Shown: piece by piece, positions 46,939-56,861 of the stretch
Layout of the letters: every line of letters begins with the position of its first letter
How positions within the stretch are numbered: position 1 is the first letter of the stretch
DNA from: an uncultured Candidatus Rokubacteria bacterium
Lineage (GTDB): Bacteria > Methylomirabilota > Methylomirabilia > Rokubacteriales > DASRDR01
Assembly: GCA_963805625.1 (NCBI GenBank)
Contig: CAWDVE010000013.1
Location: forward strand, 160,001-224,000
Reading direction: 5' to 3'
DNA length: 64,000 bases
Program-made: the position numbers and the translations under genes
The notes under the pieces: model-generated
The model's database searches: none
Told to the model about the DNA's origin: nothing
The model's input: the letters and a program-made list of their open reading frames with translations, nothing else

Positions 46939-48540
46939 CGCGCTCCTGAGGTGCAGGATCTTGCCGCTGGCCGTCGCGGTCGGCGGGCGGCGCTCAACCT
47001 CGAGCAGCCCGGCCTGGCGCCACTGGAGCGCCATGACGCGCTCGGCTCCCGATCCCCCGCCGATTGCGTCCAGGAATGCGCTCTCCACGAAGCGCTCGTC
47101 CAGCGGGCCGATCGCCGGGTGGACGCGCAGGATCAACCGGGCCTCGCCGCCCGCCGCTTCAGCCTCGACGAGCTGATAGTCGGTCGGCCCGCCACCGAAC
47201 CGCGCCGGCAGGACCTCGTCGAGCACCCGCGTCACGTCCGCGTCGTAAAAGGTCATCCCGCCCGCCGTGAGCTTCTCGAAGCTCCGCACGTGTGCGAGAT
47301 GAACGCTCCAGCCGAGGATGCCGAGTGGGCAGCGGCACGTGCGCGTCGTGAGACGACCCCGGTCGCCCAGCGAGGCGTTCAGCAGAACCACGGGCGCCGT
47401 CGGCCTGAGAGCGGTCGCCAGCAGGCCGTCCTCAGGCAGACCCGAGCTCCCGGCCGCCCCACCGGGCTGGATCAATGCCACCCGGTCGAGCTGCACGTGG
47501 AGATCGGCCGGCGCCTCCGGCGCGAGGCACTCGGTCGCGATCCCTCCAGCCTCCGTGCTGGCGTAGCCGGACATGACCTCCAGTCCCGACGCCCGCAGGG
47601 CCGCATGGCGGGCCGGAGTGAGCGGCTCGCCGCCCACCGTCAAGACGCCGCCACGTAGATCCAGGCCCGCGGCCCGAGCCGCGCGGCAGAGCAGGATGGC
47701 CGGACTGACGAAGGACACGAGATGCGGGACTCGGCCAGCACGCAGGGTGTCGGCCATCCAGCGGGCGATCGGGAGCGGATCATCGAGCGTCGCGAGCTCG
47801 GGGCGAGGCAGGGGCGCTCCGGCGAGGAGACTCACCCAGCGCAGGGCGAGACTGCTCCACGCGTAGCGCGCGTGGAGCCCTGGCGCACGCGGGTCGACCT
47901 GTAGGAAGCACCGCTCCGGTCGGGCTCCGAAGCAGGCCAGGTGCGTCATCTGCACGATAGCGGAGCTCCCCGGCACGGTCCACACCGCGTGGCGCCAGCC
48001 CCGGCTGCCCCGCGCCTCGAACGCGAGGCACGTGTCCACCGCGCAGTCGCGGACATGACGGAGATCCACCGCGACCGCAGTCGCGGCCCCGCGGCTCCCG
48101 CTCGTGTATCGAAGCAGGTGCGCCCGCGACAGGGGGTTCCGGAGCTGACCCGGCTCGATGCGAAAAGCGACCGCGCCGCGAACGACCGGCCGCCGACCCT
48201 TCAGCTCGTCCACGGTGAGATAGACACCCTGACGGAAGAGGATCGCCAGGGTAGCCTCGAGGCCTTCCCGCGCGACGAGACCCGCCAGATCGCCGCCCTC
48301 GATGCCGGCCGCACGCAGGAGTTGTAGGTAGGGGCTCGCCGGCTGAGCGAAGATCGCATGCCGCATCAGCTCGAGGAAGTCGGCCGCACGCCGCGCGATC
48401 CGCGCGGCGACGGTCCGCCGCGCCTGCTCGGCATCGATCGGGCGCCAGAGGATCGTCGGCAGCGTGGCGAGAAACCGTGCCCCCGCCAGGAGTTCGCTCG
48501 AGGTGAAGCCCGGGCCGGCGCCGGGGACCTCGCTCGGCAT
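46909..48540 (-). CDS. Phenylacetate-CoA ligase/CapK-like adenylate-forming protein
   Basis: SPY, YTSGSRG, GGEPLT, YASTEAG, LLNASLGD, CRC, RSFEKL. Confidence 0.7.
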   Translation of the reverse strand: MPSEVPGAGPGFTSSELLAGARFLATLPTILWRPIDAEQARRTVAARIARRAADFLELMRHAIFAQPASPYLQLLRAAGIEGGDLAGLVAREGLEATLAILFRQGVYLTVDELKGRRPVVRGAVAFRIEPGQLRNPLSRAHLLRYTSGSRGAATAVAVDLRHVRDCAVDTCLAFEARGSRGWRHAVWTVPGSSAIVQMTHLACFGARPERCFLQVDPRAPGLHARYAWSSLALRWVSLLAGAPLPRPELATLDDPLPIARWMADTLRAGRVPHLVSFVSPAILLCRAARAAGLDLRGGVLTVGGEPLTPARHAALRASGLEVMSGYASTEAGGIATECLAPEAPADLHVQLDRVALIQPGGAAGSSGLPEDGLLATALRPTAPVVLLNASLGDRGRLTTRTCRCPLGILGWSVHLAHVRSFEKLTAGGMTFYDADVTRVLDEVLPARFGGGPTDYQLVEAEAAGGEARLILRVHPAIGPLDERFVESAFLDAIGGGSGAERVMALQWRQAGLLEVERRPPTATASGKILHLRSASAVEIGSAG

Positions 48541-48586
48541 CGAACGCCCCTTTCGATCGAGATCCACGCGGCTCAGGACCGAGGCG

Positions 48587-49789
48587 TCAGGCCGGATCGA
48601 GGGCCGCGACGAGGGCGTCGTGGAAGCGGGGTCGGAAGTCGTTGATACGCACCTCGGCCCGGCCGCGGGGCCCCGCGGTCCGGTTCGTGCAGAGCGCAAC
48701 CACCAGCCGGCGGCTCAGATCGACCCAGAGGCTCGTCCCCGTGTAGCCCGTGTGGCCCACCGCGCCGGGAGGCCGATCGCCGAGACGGTGGCCGGCCGAG
48801 CCGGCCGGGCGAGAATCGCCGGGCCGGCGGGTGTCGAATCCGAAGGCACGCGTGCTCCCCGGCGTTTCTGCGTCACGCGAGAGCGCGCGCGCCCAGCAGG
48901 ACGGCGGCGCGAGCCGCCCCGCGCCACCCCAGTCGTCCAGGATCGCCTGACCAAGGTCTGCCAGCTCGGGGGCGGTTCCGAACAGACCCGCGTGGCCCGC
49001 GACGCCGTCCATCACCCATGCGTTGTCGTCGTCGACCTCGCCCGCAGGAGACGGGTGCGGAGCGAAGGACTCCCAGAGCCCCTCCTGCCCCGGGGCCGGC
49101 TCTCGGGGTCGCGTTCGCCCGGTCGGCGCGATGACGGGTCCGTGCGACGGCGCGGCGAGTGCGCCGACCCGGGATGCCTCCGGCGGGCGGCCAGACAGGC
49201 GATGGTAGCACACGCTCAGTCCGAGCGGCCTCACGACGTGCTCGACGAACAGCGCGTCGAGCGGCGCCCCTGCCGCGGCGGCAAGGAGCTCTCCGAGCAC
49301 GACAAACCCCACGTCGCTGTAGAGAGCCCGCACGCCGGGCCGCGCCTCGGGAGCCACCGCAAGCGCGCGGGCGACGGTCTCGGCCCGGGCTGCGGCCCGC
49401 ACGCCAGGAGGGCACCCGGGCTCGAGCAGCGCAGGCATGCCCCGGAGCACGGGCACGAACAGCGGCGCGAACCCCGGGAGACCAGCCCGGTGGGTGAGGA
49501 GATCCCCCAGCGTCGCGCCAGCGCGCCCCACCGCGGCAGCGGGCGCGAGCCGCCCCACGGGAGTCTCCGGGCCGAAGATCCCATCGCGCCAGAGCGTCAG
49601 AAAGATCGCGGCGGTGGCAACCGGCTTGGTGAGCGAGGCGAGGTCGAACACGGTGTCGAGAGTCGTCTCACCCGCCACCAGCGCGAGGACGCGACGTCCC
49701 TCGTGGAGCGCGACCGCCGCCGCGCACGGGAAGACGCCAGTCGCGACTCCCTCGTCGAGGAGCGCCTGGAGGCGCGCGGCCCCCGTCAC
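48587..49789 (-). CDS. Serine hydrolase, beta-lactamase/AmiE-like family
   Basis: FDLASLTK (SxxK), LLTHRAG, YSD, GEVDDDNA, GHAGLF, GHTGYTG. Confidence 0.88.
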   Translation of the reverse strand: MTGAARLQALLDEGVATGVFPCAAAVALHEGRRVLALVAGETTLDTVFDLASLTKPVATAAIFLTLWRDGIFGPETPVGRLAPAAAVGRAGATLGDLLTHRAGLPGFAPLFVPVLRGMPALLEPGCPPGVRAAARAETVARALAVAPEARPGVRALYSDVGFVVLGELLAAAAGAPLDALFVEHVVRPLGLSVCYHRLSGRPPEASRVGALAAPSHGPVIAPTGRTRPREPAPGQEGLWESFAPHPSPAGEVDDDNAWVMDGVAGHAGLFGTAPELADLGQAILDDWGGAGRLAPPSCWARALSRDAETPGSTRAFGFDTRRPGDSRPAGSAGHRLGDRPPGAVGHTGYTGTSLWVDLSRRLVVALCTNRTAGPRGRAEVRINDFRPRFHDALVAALDPA

Positions 49790-51789
49790 CCGACGCGCTT
49801 CTGCTTCCGGGCGAGGTAGTCCACGAGGACGTACTCGCCCAGCCGATCCGGCTGGACGAAGAACGCGCGACCCCGGTTGATCCGCGACATCTCACTGACG
49901 AAGCGGACCAGCCCGGGGCTGTCCTCGAGCATGAACGTGTTGATCGTGACGCCCTCACGCGCGCAGCACACCACCTCGGCCTGGGTGAGCTGCCAGGTCC
50001 GCCGGGTGGTGGGGTAGTCGAAGTAGGCCTCGTTGCCCTCGAGGTGAGCGGTAGGCTCGCCGTCCGTGATCATGACCACCTGGCGGTTCCCGCCTCGATG
50101 ACGGCCGAGCAGTCGACGCGCGAGCTGGAGCGCGTGCTGCATGTTCGTGCCGTAGTGGCGGTCGGTGAGGACGACGGACGGCACGTCGTCGGGATCGAGC
50201 TCCCGCGCGTAGAGCGAGAACCCGATCACGTAGAGGGCATCCTGCGGGTACTGCGCTCGGATGAGGGCGTGGAGCGCCAGGGCGACCTTCTTCGCCGCGG
50301 TCCAGCATCCGCGGTAGATCATCGAGCGGCTCATGTCGAGGAGGAGCGCGGTGGCACACCGCGTCGACAGCTCCGTGCGGCGGACGGCGAAGTCGGCCGG
50401 TTCGAGGCGCAGCGGCAGGCCCGGGCCCTGTCGCCGCAGCGCGCTCCCGAGCGTCTCACGGAGGTCGAGCAGGAACGGGTCGCCGAACTCGTACACCTTG
50501 CTCTCGTCCGTCGGATCGCCGCCCGCCCCGCGCGCGTCAACGGGATGCCGACCCGGCCGGTCCCGCCTGAGCTGGCCGAGCACCTCGGCGAGCGCGCGCT
50601 GGGCGATCTTGCGGATCGCTTGCGGCGTCAGCACCCACTGGCGTCCTCGCTGCTCGAGATAGCCCGCGGCCTTGAGCGTCTCGGCGAGACGCCGGAGCGC
50701 CTCCGCTTCCTCGGCGGCCTGCTCGCCCAGCGCTTCTCGCACCGCCGCGGGATCGACCCGGTCGACGCGCCCCGTTCGGTCGGCGTCCTGGAGATCCTGC
50801 TCCAGCCGGTCGAGGCCGTGGAGCTCGCGCATCAGCCGCAGGGCCTCCTGGAGCGAGAGGGGCGTGTCGCCCTGCGTCCGGTACCGCCGCGCGCGCTGGC
50901 CAAGGCCGAGCCGGTCGAGGTGCTCGCCCAGCTCGGCGAGGGCTTCCTGCATCCCGGGGTCGTCGAGCATCGCCTGCTGGAGCGCCTCGAGCTCTCGCCG
51001 CTGCTCCGGCGTGAGGCTCTCGAGGAGCGACTGGAGCTGGGCGGACTGGCGCGCCAGCCGGTCCAGCAGCTGGTCGAAGCTCTGGACGCCGGGGAACATC
51101 TGGCCCCAGCGGTCCATGAACCCCTGGACGTCGGGCTGCCCGCCCGTGGCCTGCTGGCGGAGGAGGCGATTGAGGTCGCCCAGCATGTCCCGGAGACCCT
51201 CCGTCCCCTGGGAGCCGAGCCCCTGGAGCCCCTGCTTCAGCTGGCCGAACAGGCTCTGCGTCATCTCCTGGCGAAGCCGGAGCATCAGCTCCTGGAACTT
51301 CTGCCAGGCCTCCGGATCGACGAACTGGTAGTCCTGGAGCCCGCGAACGGCGCCGCCGAGATCCTCCGGCAGCGCGTCCAGCGCCGCGCGACGCTCGGCC
51401 GCGATGCGCTCGAGCTCCTGACGATGGGCCTCGGCCCCCGGCTCTTTGCCCTCGGCCGCCTGTCGCGCGGCGTCAACGCGCCGGTCGATCCCCTGCCGCT
51501 CCGTGTCGAGGACGTCTTGAAGCTGCTTGCGGAGATCGCCAAGGACATCGCCCAGGTCGTGACGGTCGAGGAGAGATTGGCGTTCCCGTCGAAGTCGCTC
51601 GAGGAGGTCGCGCAGGCCCGGCACCTGTTCCCCGTCACGCGTGCGGAAGCCCTGACGGAGGAGCTGCTCGAGCGCCCGCCGGAGATCCCCGTCGGCGACG
51701 AGGTCGTCCGCCATCGCCGCGAGGAGGTCGTCCGCGTCGAACTCCGGGAGCGACTGGGAGCCGTCCCAGCGGGAGTAGCGGCTCCTCAC
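49786..51789 (-). CDS. VWA-domain protein
   Basis: Start RYSRWDGSQ, long helical region, then LLDMSRSM (MIDAS DxSxS), TNMQHAL, ITDGEPTAH. Translationally coupled to the AAA gene. Confidence 0.85.
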   Translation of the reverse strand: MRSRYSRWDGSQSLPEFDADDLLAAMADDLVADGDLRRALEQLLRQGFRTRDGEQVPGLRDLLERLRRERQSLLDRHDLGDVLGDLRKQLQDVLDTERQGIDRRVDAARQAAEGKEPGAEAHRQELERIAAERRAALDALPEDLGGAVRGLQDYQFVDPEAWQKFQELMLRLRQEMTQSLFGQLKQGLQGLGSQGTEGLRDMLGDLNRLLRQQATGGQPDVQGFMDRWGQMFPGVQSFDQLLDRLARQSAQLQSLLESLTPEQRRELEALQQAMLDDPGMQEALAELGEHLDRLGLGQRARRYRTQGDTPLSLQEALRLMRELHGLDRLEQDLQDADRTGRVDRVDPAAVREALGEQAAEEAEALRRLAETLKAAGYLEQRGRQWVLTPQAIRKIAQRALAEVLGQLRRDRPGRHPVDARGAGGDPTDESKVYEFGDPFLLDLRETLGSALRRQGPGLPLRLEPADFAVRRTELSTRCATALLLDMSRSMIYRGCWTAAKKVALALHALIRAQYPQDALYVIGFSLYARELDPDDVPSVVLTDRHYGTNMQHALQLARRLLGRHRGGNRQVVMITDGEPTAHLEGNEAYFDYPTTRRTWQLTQAEVVCCAREGVTINTFMLEDSPGLVRFVSEMSRINRGRAFFVQPDRLGEYVLVDYLARKQKRVG

Positions 51790-53180
51790 GCCTTGTACCG
51801 GGGCCCGCCGGGGCCGCGGTCCTTGTTGAGCTTCCGGTTCAGGTGCAGGCCCTCGAGCACGAACTCCACCGCGGCGGCGACGCGAGCGGGGTGGCCGGCG
51901 GCACCGAGCCGCGACATCGCAGCGCCGAAGCCGGCCGCCCGCCCGGCCTGGCGCTCGTAGTCGGCGGCGGGCATCGCCTCGCCCACTTCCCACGTGAGCC
52001 CGCGGCCGAAAGCCTCGAGCAGCTCGCCGAACATCGTGGCCTGGAAGTGCCGGTTGAAGACCGTGAGCACGGCCTTCTGGGCGAGCCGCTCGACCACTTT
52101 TGCCTCGTCCCCGTCCCCCGCCGTCTCGAGCTCGATCTTCCCGGCCGTCGACGCGAGCGTGGCGCCCAGGTCCGAGACCCTGGGCACGGCGAGCGGCTCG
52201 CGGAGCCGCACCGCCCGGCGAAGCGCGTTCGACACGAGGTTCTCGTAGTTGCAGATCGACACGCGGACGCTGACGCCGCTCCGCTGGCTGATCTCGGCGC
52301 TCCGCCGGGCGAGGTGCGTCAGCTCGGCGACGATCTCCTGCATGTACGCCGGAACCTCGACCTGGTAGCCTTCGGGGGCGAAGCGCGTGGCCTCCTGCTC
52401 CACGATGCCGATCTCGTGGGCGAGCGTCCGCGGGTAGTGGGTACGCACCTGCGAGCCGAAGCGGTCCTTGAGCGGGGTAATGATGCGCCCGCGATTCGTG
52501 TAATCCTCCGGATTCGCCGAGGCGACGACGAGAAGATCGAGCGGCAGGCGCACCAGGTAGCCCCGGATCTGGACGTCCCGCTCCTCCATGATGTTGAGGA
52601 GCCCCACCTGGATGCGCTCGGCGAGGTCGGGGAGCTCGTTGAGGACGAAGATGCCGCGGTGCGTCCGCGGGAGCAGTCCGTAGTGGATCGTCAGCTCGTC
52701 GGCGAGGTACCGGCCCTCGGCGACCTTGATCGGATCCACCTCGCCGATCAGGTCGGCGATCGTGATGTCGGGCGTGGCGAGCTTCTCTCCGTACCGGCGC
52801 TCCCGGGGCAGCCACTCGACGGGGGCGCGGTCGCCCAGCTCGGCGACGAGCTCGCGCCCGGCCTTGCTGATGGGCTGGAGCGGATCGTCGTTGACCTCGC
52901 TGCCGGCGAGCGCCGGGACGGCCTCGTCGAGGAGCGACACGAGCGACCGGGCCAGGCGGCTCTTCGCCTGGCCTCGCTCCCCGAGCAGGATCAGGTCCTG
53001 GCCGGACAGGAGCGCGTTCTCGACCGGGGGAAGGACGGTCTCGTCGAAGCCGACGATGCCGGGAAAGATACGCTCGCCGCGCTCGAGCTTCCGGATGAGG
53101 TTCTGACGGATCTCGGTCTTGACGGAGCGCGGCGCGTAGCCTGTCTGCCGAAGCTCGCCGACGGTTCTCGGCTTCGTCAT
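51786..53180 (-). CDS. Magnesium-chelatase-subunit-like AAA+ ATPase
   Basis: GERGQAKSR (Walker A variant), LIGEVDPIKVAEG, NELPDL, ANPEDYTNRGRIITPLKDRFG. Confidence 0.88.
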   Translation of the reverse strand: MTKPRTVGELRQTGYAPRSVKTEIRQNLIRKLERGERIFPGIVGFDETVLPPVENALLSGQDLILLGERGQAKSRLARSLVSLLDEAVPALAGSEVNDDPLQPISKAGRELVAELGDRAPVEWLPRERRYGEKLATPDITIADLIGEVDPIKVAEGRYLADELTIHYGLLPRTHRGIFVLNELPDLAERIQVGLLNIMEERDVQIRGYLVRLPLDLLVVASANPEDYTNRGRIITPLKDRFGSQVRTHYPRTLAHEIGIVEQEATRFAPEGYQVEVPAYMQEIVAELTHLARRSAEISQRSGVSVRVSICNYENLVSNALRRAVRLREPLAVPRVSDLGATLASTAGKIELETAGDGDEAKVVERLAQKAVLTVFNRHFQATMFGELLEAFGRGLTWEVGEAMPAADYERQAGRAAGFGAAMSRLGAAGHPARVAAAVEFVLEGLHLNRKLNKDRGPGGPRYKA

Positions 53181-53192
53181 GCCCGCGGTCTC

Positions 53193-53221
53193 ACTATGCG
53201 GCGCGGGAGGGCTCGTGTCAA
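53193..53221 (-). promoter_or_regulatory. Sigma-70-type promoter for the AAA-VWA operon
   Basis: TTGACA-N17-CATAGT, ending 12 nt upstream of the ATG. Confidence 0.6.
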
Positions 53222-53311
53222 ACGAACGCGCCCGGTCCCTTTCCCGGCGCGCGAGGCCAATGCTACACTGCCCGTCATCGAGCCACCCGAAGCGCGGTAG
53301 GAGGTGCCACT

Positions 53312-54904
53312 GTGACCACTCGCCTGACCCGTATCCTCGTCGCTTCGCTCGCCCTGATGTGGCCGGGCTTCGCCTTGGCCCAGGGCAAGGACGTCACCCT
53401 CACCTATCTCGAGGGGCAGGTCGTCACGACGATCGACCCCGCCAAGCACACCGACGAGAGCTCCCATCACGCGATCATCAACATGTACGATCCCCTGCTC
53501 TACCCGAAGGTCGCTGAGGGGTCGATGGAGCCCGGCCCGCACGTCGCCGAGTCCTGGCGGGTGACCGACGGCGCCAAGACCTATACCTTCCAGATCCGGA
53601 AGGGCATCCGCTTCCACGACGGCAGGGAGCTGAACGCCGACGACGTAGTCTTCTCCTTCCAGCGGATGGTCGCCCTGAAGAAAGGCTTCTCGTGGCTCTG
53701 GAACGGCGTCCTGACCTCCGAGCAGGTGCGCGCGGTCGGCCCGCAGACGGTGGTCTTCACCCTGAGCCAGCCGTACGCGCCGTTCCTGTCGACGCTGACC
53801 CAGCTTTTCGTCGTCAACCGGGACCAAGTGCTGGCCAACAAGAAGCCGGGGCCGTATGGCGACGCCGGAGACTACGGCGAGGCGTACCTCGGGGACAACG
53901 TGGCGGGCTCGGGCCCCTACACGAAGGAGTCGTGGGACCGGGCAACCACGCTCGTCATGAAGGCCTTTCCGGGCTACTGGCGGGGGTGGAAGCCGAACCA
54001 GATCACCCGCGTGATCTACCGCACCGTGCAGGAGGAGGCGACCATGCGGACGCTCCTCCTCGGCGGGCAGGCCGACATGATCGATCAGTGGCGCACGCCC
54101 ACCACCTTCGAACAGCTCAAGAAGACCCCGGGCATCGTGGTGGACGAGACGCCGAGCGCTCAGCTCTATCACATCGAGCTGAACACCCAGCGGGCACCGC
54201 TGTCGGATGTTCGCGTTCGCAAGGCGCTCGCCCTCGCGTTCGACTACAAGACGGCCATCGACCAGGTGTTCAAGGGTGCGCTACTGGCGCGGGGCCCTCT
54301 GCCGAACCGGGTCTACGGCCACAGTGAGAAGGTTCAGGCCTACGCGCAGAACATCGAGCAGGCCAAGCGTGAGCTGGCGGATGCGGGGGTCAAGCCCGGT
54401 CAGCTCGCCTTCGATTACTGGTTCCCGACGGGGAACGAGCTCGGTCGGCAGATCGGGCTCCTTGCCCAGGCGAACTTCGCGGCTATCGGCGTCAAGCTAA
54501 CCCTCAAGGAGACGCCGTGGGCGCAGATGGTCCAGGCGGCGGCCACTGCCGAGACCAACCCCGATGTGGCCTCGATCTTCGACACGCTCAAGTATCCGCA
54601 CCCCGACAGCCACACCTACGGGATGTACCACCCTAGCGCATGGGGAAGCTTCCGGACGATCAGCCGTTACAAGAACGACGAGGTCACCCGGGTGCTGGAG
54701 CAAGCGCGCGCGACCGTCGAGCGCGATGCACAGCTCGCGCTCTACAAACGGAGCCAGGAGCTGGTCGTCCAGGACTACCCGAGCATCTACGTGGCCAATC
54801 CGCTCCACCGCATCGCGTTCCGCGACTACGTCAAGGGCTATCGCTACGTCGGTCTCCTCGGCTACGACGTGGCGTTCTACGACTTCACCATCGAGAAGAA
54901 GTAG
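53312..54904 (+). CDS. Peptide/nickel ABC transporter substrate-binding protein (family 5)
   Basis: Signal peptide, then IDPA, AESW, YTFQIRKGIRFHDG..LNADDVVFS, GSGPY, DVRVRKAL. Confidence 0.93.
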   Translation: MTTRLTRILVASLALMWPGFALAQGKDVTLTYLEGQVVTTIDPAKHTDESSHHAIINMYDPLLYPKVAEGSMEPGPHVAESWRVTDGAKTYTFQIRKGIRFHDGRELNADDVVFSFQRMVALKKGFSWLWNGVLTSEQVRAVGPQTVVFTLSQPYAPFLSTLTQLFVVNRDQVLANKKPGPYGDAGDYGEAYLGDNVAGSGPYTKESWDRATTLVMKAFPGYWRGWKPNQITRVIYRTVQEEATMRTLLLGGQADMIDQWRTPTTFEQLKKTPGIVVDETPSAQLYHIELNTQRAPLSDVRVRKALALAFDYKTAIDQVFKGALLARGPLPNRVYGHSEKVQAYAQNIEQAKRELADAGVKPGQLAFDYWFPTGNELGRQIGLLAQANFAAIGVKLTLKETPWAQMVQAAATAETNPDVASIFDTLKYPHPDSHTYGMYHPSAWGSFRTISRYKNDEVTRVLEQARATVERDAQLALYKRSQELVVQDYPSIYVANPLHRIAFRDYVKGYRYVGLLGYDVAFYDFTIEKK

Positions 54905-54913
54905 CGCCCCCGC

Positions 54914-54942
54914 CCGGGGGCGGCGACGACCGCCGCCCCCGG
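54914..54942 (+). terminator. Intergenic hairpin between SBP and permease
   Basis: Perfect 12-bp stem CCGGGGGCGGCG-acgac-CGCCGCCCCCGG with no U-tract. Confidence 0.55.
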
Positions 54943-54948
54943 CTCCCC

Positions 54949-55947
54949 ATGCACGAATTCCTCATTCGCCGGCTCGCCCAGGTCGTTCCCACCATCCTGG
55001 GACTCCTGGTCCTGATCTTCGTGGTATCCCGGGTGATCCCCGGCGACCCCGTCCGGCTCACCCTCGGCCCCGAAGCCACGAAGGAGCAGATCGCAGCCTA
55101 CCAGGAGAAGCTCGGCCTCGATCGTTCGCTGCCCGCACAGTTCGGGTACTACGTGGCCGGGCTCCTCCGCGGGGACCTCGGCGAGTCCATCCGCACCTAC
55201 CGGGACGTCCGCCTGGATATCCGGGATTTCCTGCCGGCGACCGTCGAGCTGGTGACAGCCGCGCTCCTGGTCGCGGTGTGCCTCGGTGTGCCCTTCGGGA
55301 TCCTGTCGGCGGTGTATCCGAACACGTGGGTGGACAACCTGAGCCGGCTGGTGGCGGTGCCCGGCGTGGCCCTGCCCCGTTTTTGGGTCGGCATCCTCCT
55401 GCAGGTGGGGCTCGCCTACCAACTCGGTCTCTTCCCGATCGTGGGCCGAGCATCGCGCGCGCCCCTGTCGATCAGCGGGCTCTACCTGCTCGACGCGGTG
55501 CTGACCGGTGACGGTGTTGCCTTTCTCGACGCAGCCTGGCACCTGGCCCTCCCCACCCTGACGCTCGCCCTACCGACACTGGCTCAGGTCGCGCGCCTCA
55601 CTCGCGCCGCGATGATCGACGTGCTGCGGCGGCCCTTCATGCTCGTCCATGCCGCTTACGGTGTGCCCCCACGCCGCCTCGTATGGCGCTACGGTCTGCG
55701 GAACGGCCTGACATCAATCCTGACCCTCGTGGGGATGACCTATGGGGCGCTGATCGAGAACGCCTTCCTCGTCGAGGTGGTGTTCTCGTGGCCCGGGCTC
55801 TCCGCGTATGGCGCAGCCGCGGTCCTCGCCAAGGACTTCAACGCGGTGGTGGGCGTCACCCTCGTGGTCGGGCTCTCGTTCGTCCTCGCCAATGTGCTGG
55901 TGGACCTCCTGTACGGCTATGTCGATCCCCGCATCCGCTACAACTGA
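54949..55947 (+). CDS. Peptide ABC transporter permease (DppB-like)
   Basis: IPGDP, LGLD, GDLGES, PATVEL, EVVFSWPG, YVDPRIRY. Confidence 0.93.
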   Translation: MHEFLIRRLAQVVPTILGLLVLIFVVSRVIPGDPVRLTLGPEATKEQIAAYQEKLGLDRSLPAQFGYYVAGLLRGDLGESIRTYRDVRLDIRDFLPATVELVTAALLVAVCLGVPFGILSAVYPNTWVDNLSRLVAVPGVALPRFWVGILLQVGLAYQLGLFPIVGRASRAPLSISGLYLLDAVLTGDGVAFLDAAWHLALPTLTLALPTLAQVARLTRAAMIDVLRRPFMLVHAAYGVPPRRLVWRYGLRNGLTSILTLVGMTYGALIENAFLVEVVFSWPGLSAYGAAAVLAKDFNAVVGVTLVVGLSFVLANVLVDLLYGYVDPRIRYN

Positions 55948-56824
55948 CCTGCCCGGAGTCCTCGCCGACGCCCGGTCGCGGCGGCCGGCCCGGTGGGTCC
56001 GTCGGCTGCTTCGCAATCCCCTGTCGGCGGCTGGGGCGTCGATCGTCCTCCTCCTCGTGGGCTGCGCGCTCGTGCCAGGGCTCCTTGCGCCCTTCCCGGA
56101 GGATGCGGGGCCAAGCGTCCACTTCGATCGGGCCTCTTGGCCTCCCGACGCTGTCCACTGGTTCGGGACCGACGAGGTGGGCCGTGACATCTTCAGCCGC
56201 ACCGTGTACGGAGCCCGAATCTCCCTCGCCCTCGTCGCGGTGGTGCTCGGAATCGCGCTGGGCGTCGGAGTGCCCCTCGGCTTGATTGCCGGCTACTGGA
56301 ATGGGCGCTGGCCGAGCGCGGGAATCATGCGCGTGACCGATGTCTTCCTTTCCGTACCGCCCCTCGCCCTCGCCCTCGCGGTGACCGCCGCGTTCCGCCC
56401 GGACCTCGGGAGCGCGATGGTGGCCATCTCGTTCACGTGGTGGCCGTGGTTCACCCGGCTCGTCTACGGCGAGGTCCTGTCTCGGCGGGAGGAGCCATAT
56501 GTCGAGGCCGCCCGGGCTCTCGGACAGCACGACGGCGTGATCCTGATCCGTGAGATCCTGCCCAATGTGGTCTCCCCTGTGGTGGTCAAGGCCACGCTCG
56601 ACGTGTCCTTCGTGATCCTGCTAGGCTCGGGTCTCGCCTTCCTGGGGGTGGGTGCCCAGGAACCCACCCCGGACTGGGGGGCCATGGTGGCACGCGGTCG
56701 CACGTTCCTGCCCGCCCACTGGTGGATGTCCACCATGCCGGGGCTGGCAATTTTTGTGGCGGTGATGGGGTTCAATCTACTCGGGGACGCGCTCCGCGAC
56801 GCCCTCGATGTCTGGGACCGGTGA
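55919..56824 (+). CDS. Peptide ABC transporter permease (DppC-like)
   Basis: HWFGTDEVGRDIFSR..YGARISL, YVEAARALG, LAFLGVG..PTPDWG, FNLLGDALRD. Confidence 0.93.
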   Translation: MSIPASATTDLPGVLADARSRRPARWVRRLLRNPLSAAGASIVLLLVGCALVPGLLAPFPEDAGPSVHFDRASWPPDAVHWFGTDEVGRDIFSRTVYGARISLALVAVVLGIALGVGVPLGLIAGYWNGRWPSAGIMRVTDVFLSVPPLALALAVTAAFRPDLGSAMVAISFTWWPWFTRLVYGEVLSRREEPYVEAARALGQHDGVILIREILPNVVSPVVVKATLDVSFVILLGSGLAFLGVGAQEPTPDWGAMVARGRTFLPAHWWMSTMPGLAIFVAVMGFNLLGDALRDALDVWDR

Positions 56825-56861
56825 GAGCGCGCGACGGCCTCTGCCGGTCGGAGAGGGATCG

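Noticed and set aside
48587-49789. Beta-lactam resistance gene
   Set aside because: No signal peptide. The motifs (GEVxDxNA, GHAGLF, HTG) fit cytoplasmic serine hydrolases/amidases.
51790-52815. Apparent 1009-aa AAA-VWA giant ORF
   Set aside because: Alternative frame over the AAA gene. The VWA gene starts at GTG 51789.
51786-53180. Chlorophyll or cobalamin chelatase
   Set aside because: No tetrapyrrole genes nearby. It belongs to the AAA/VWA pair type.
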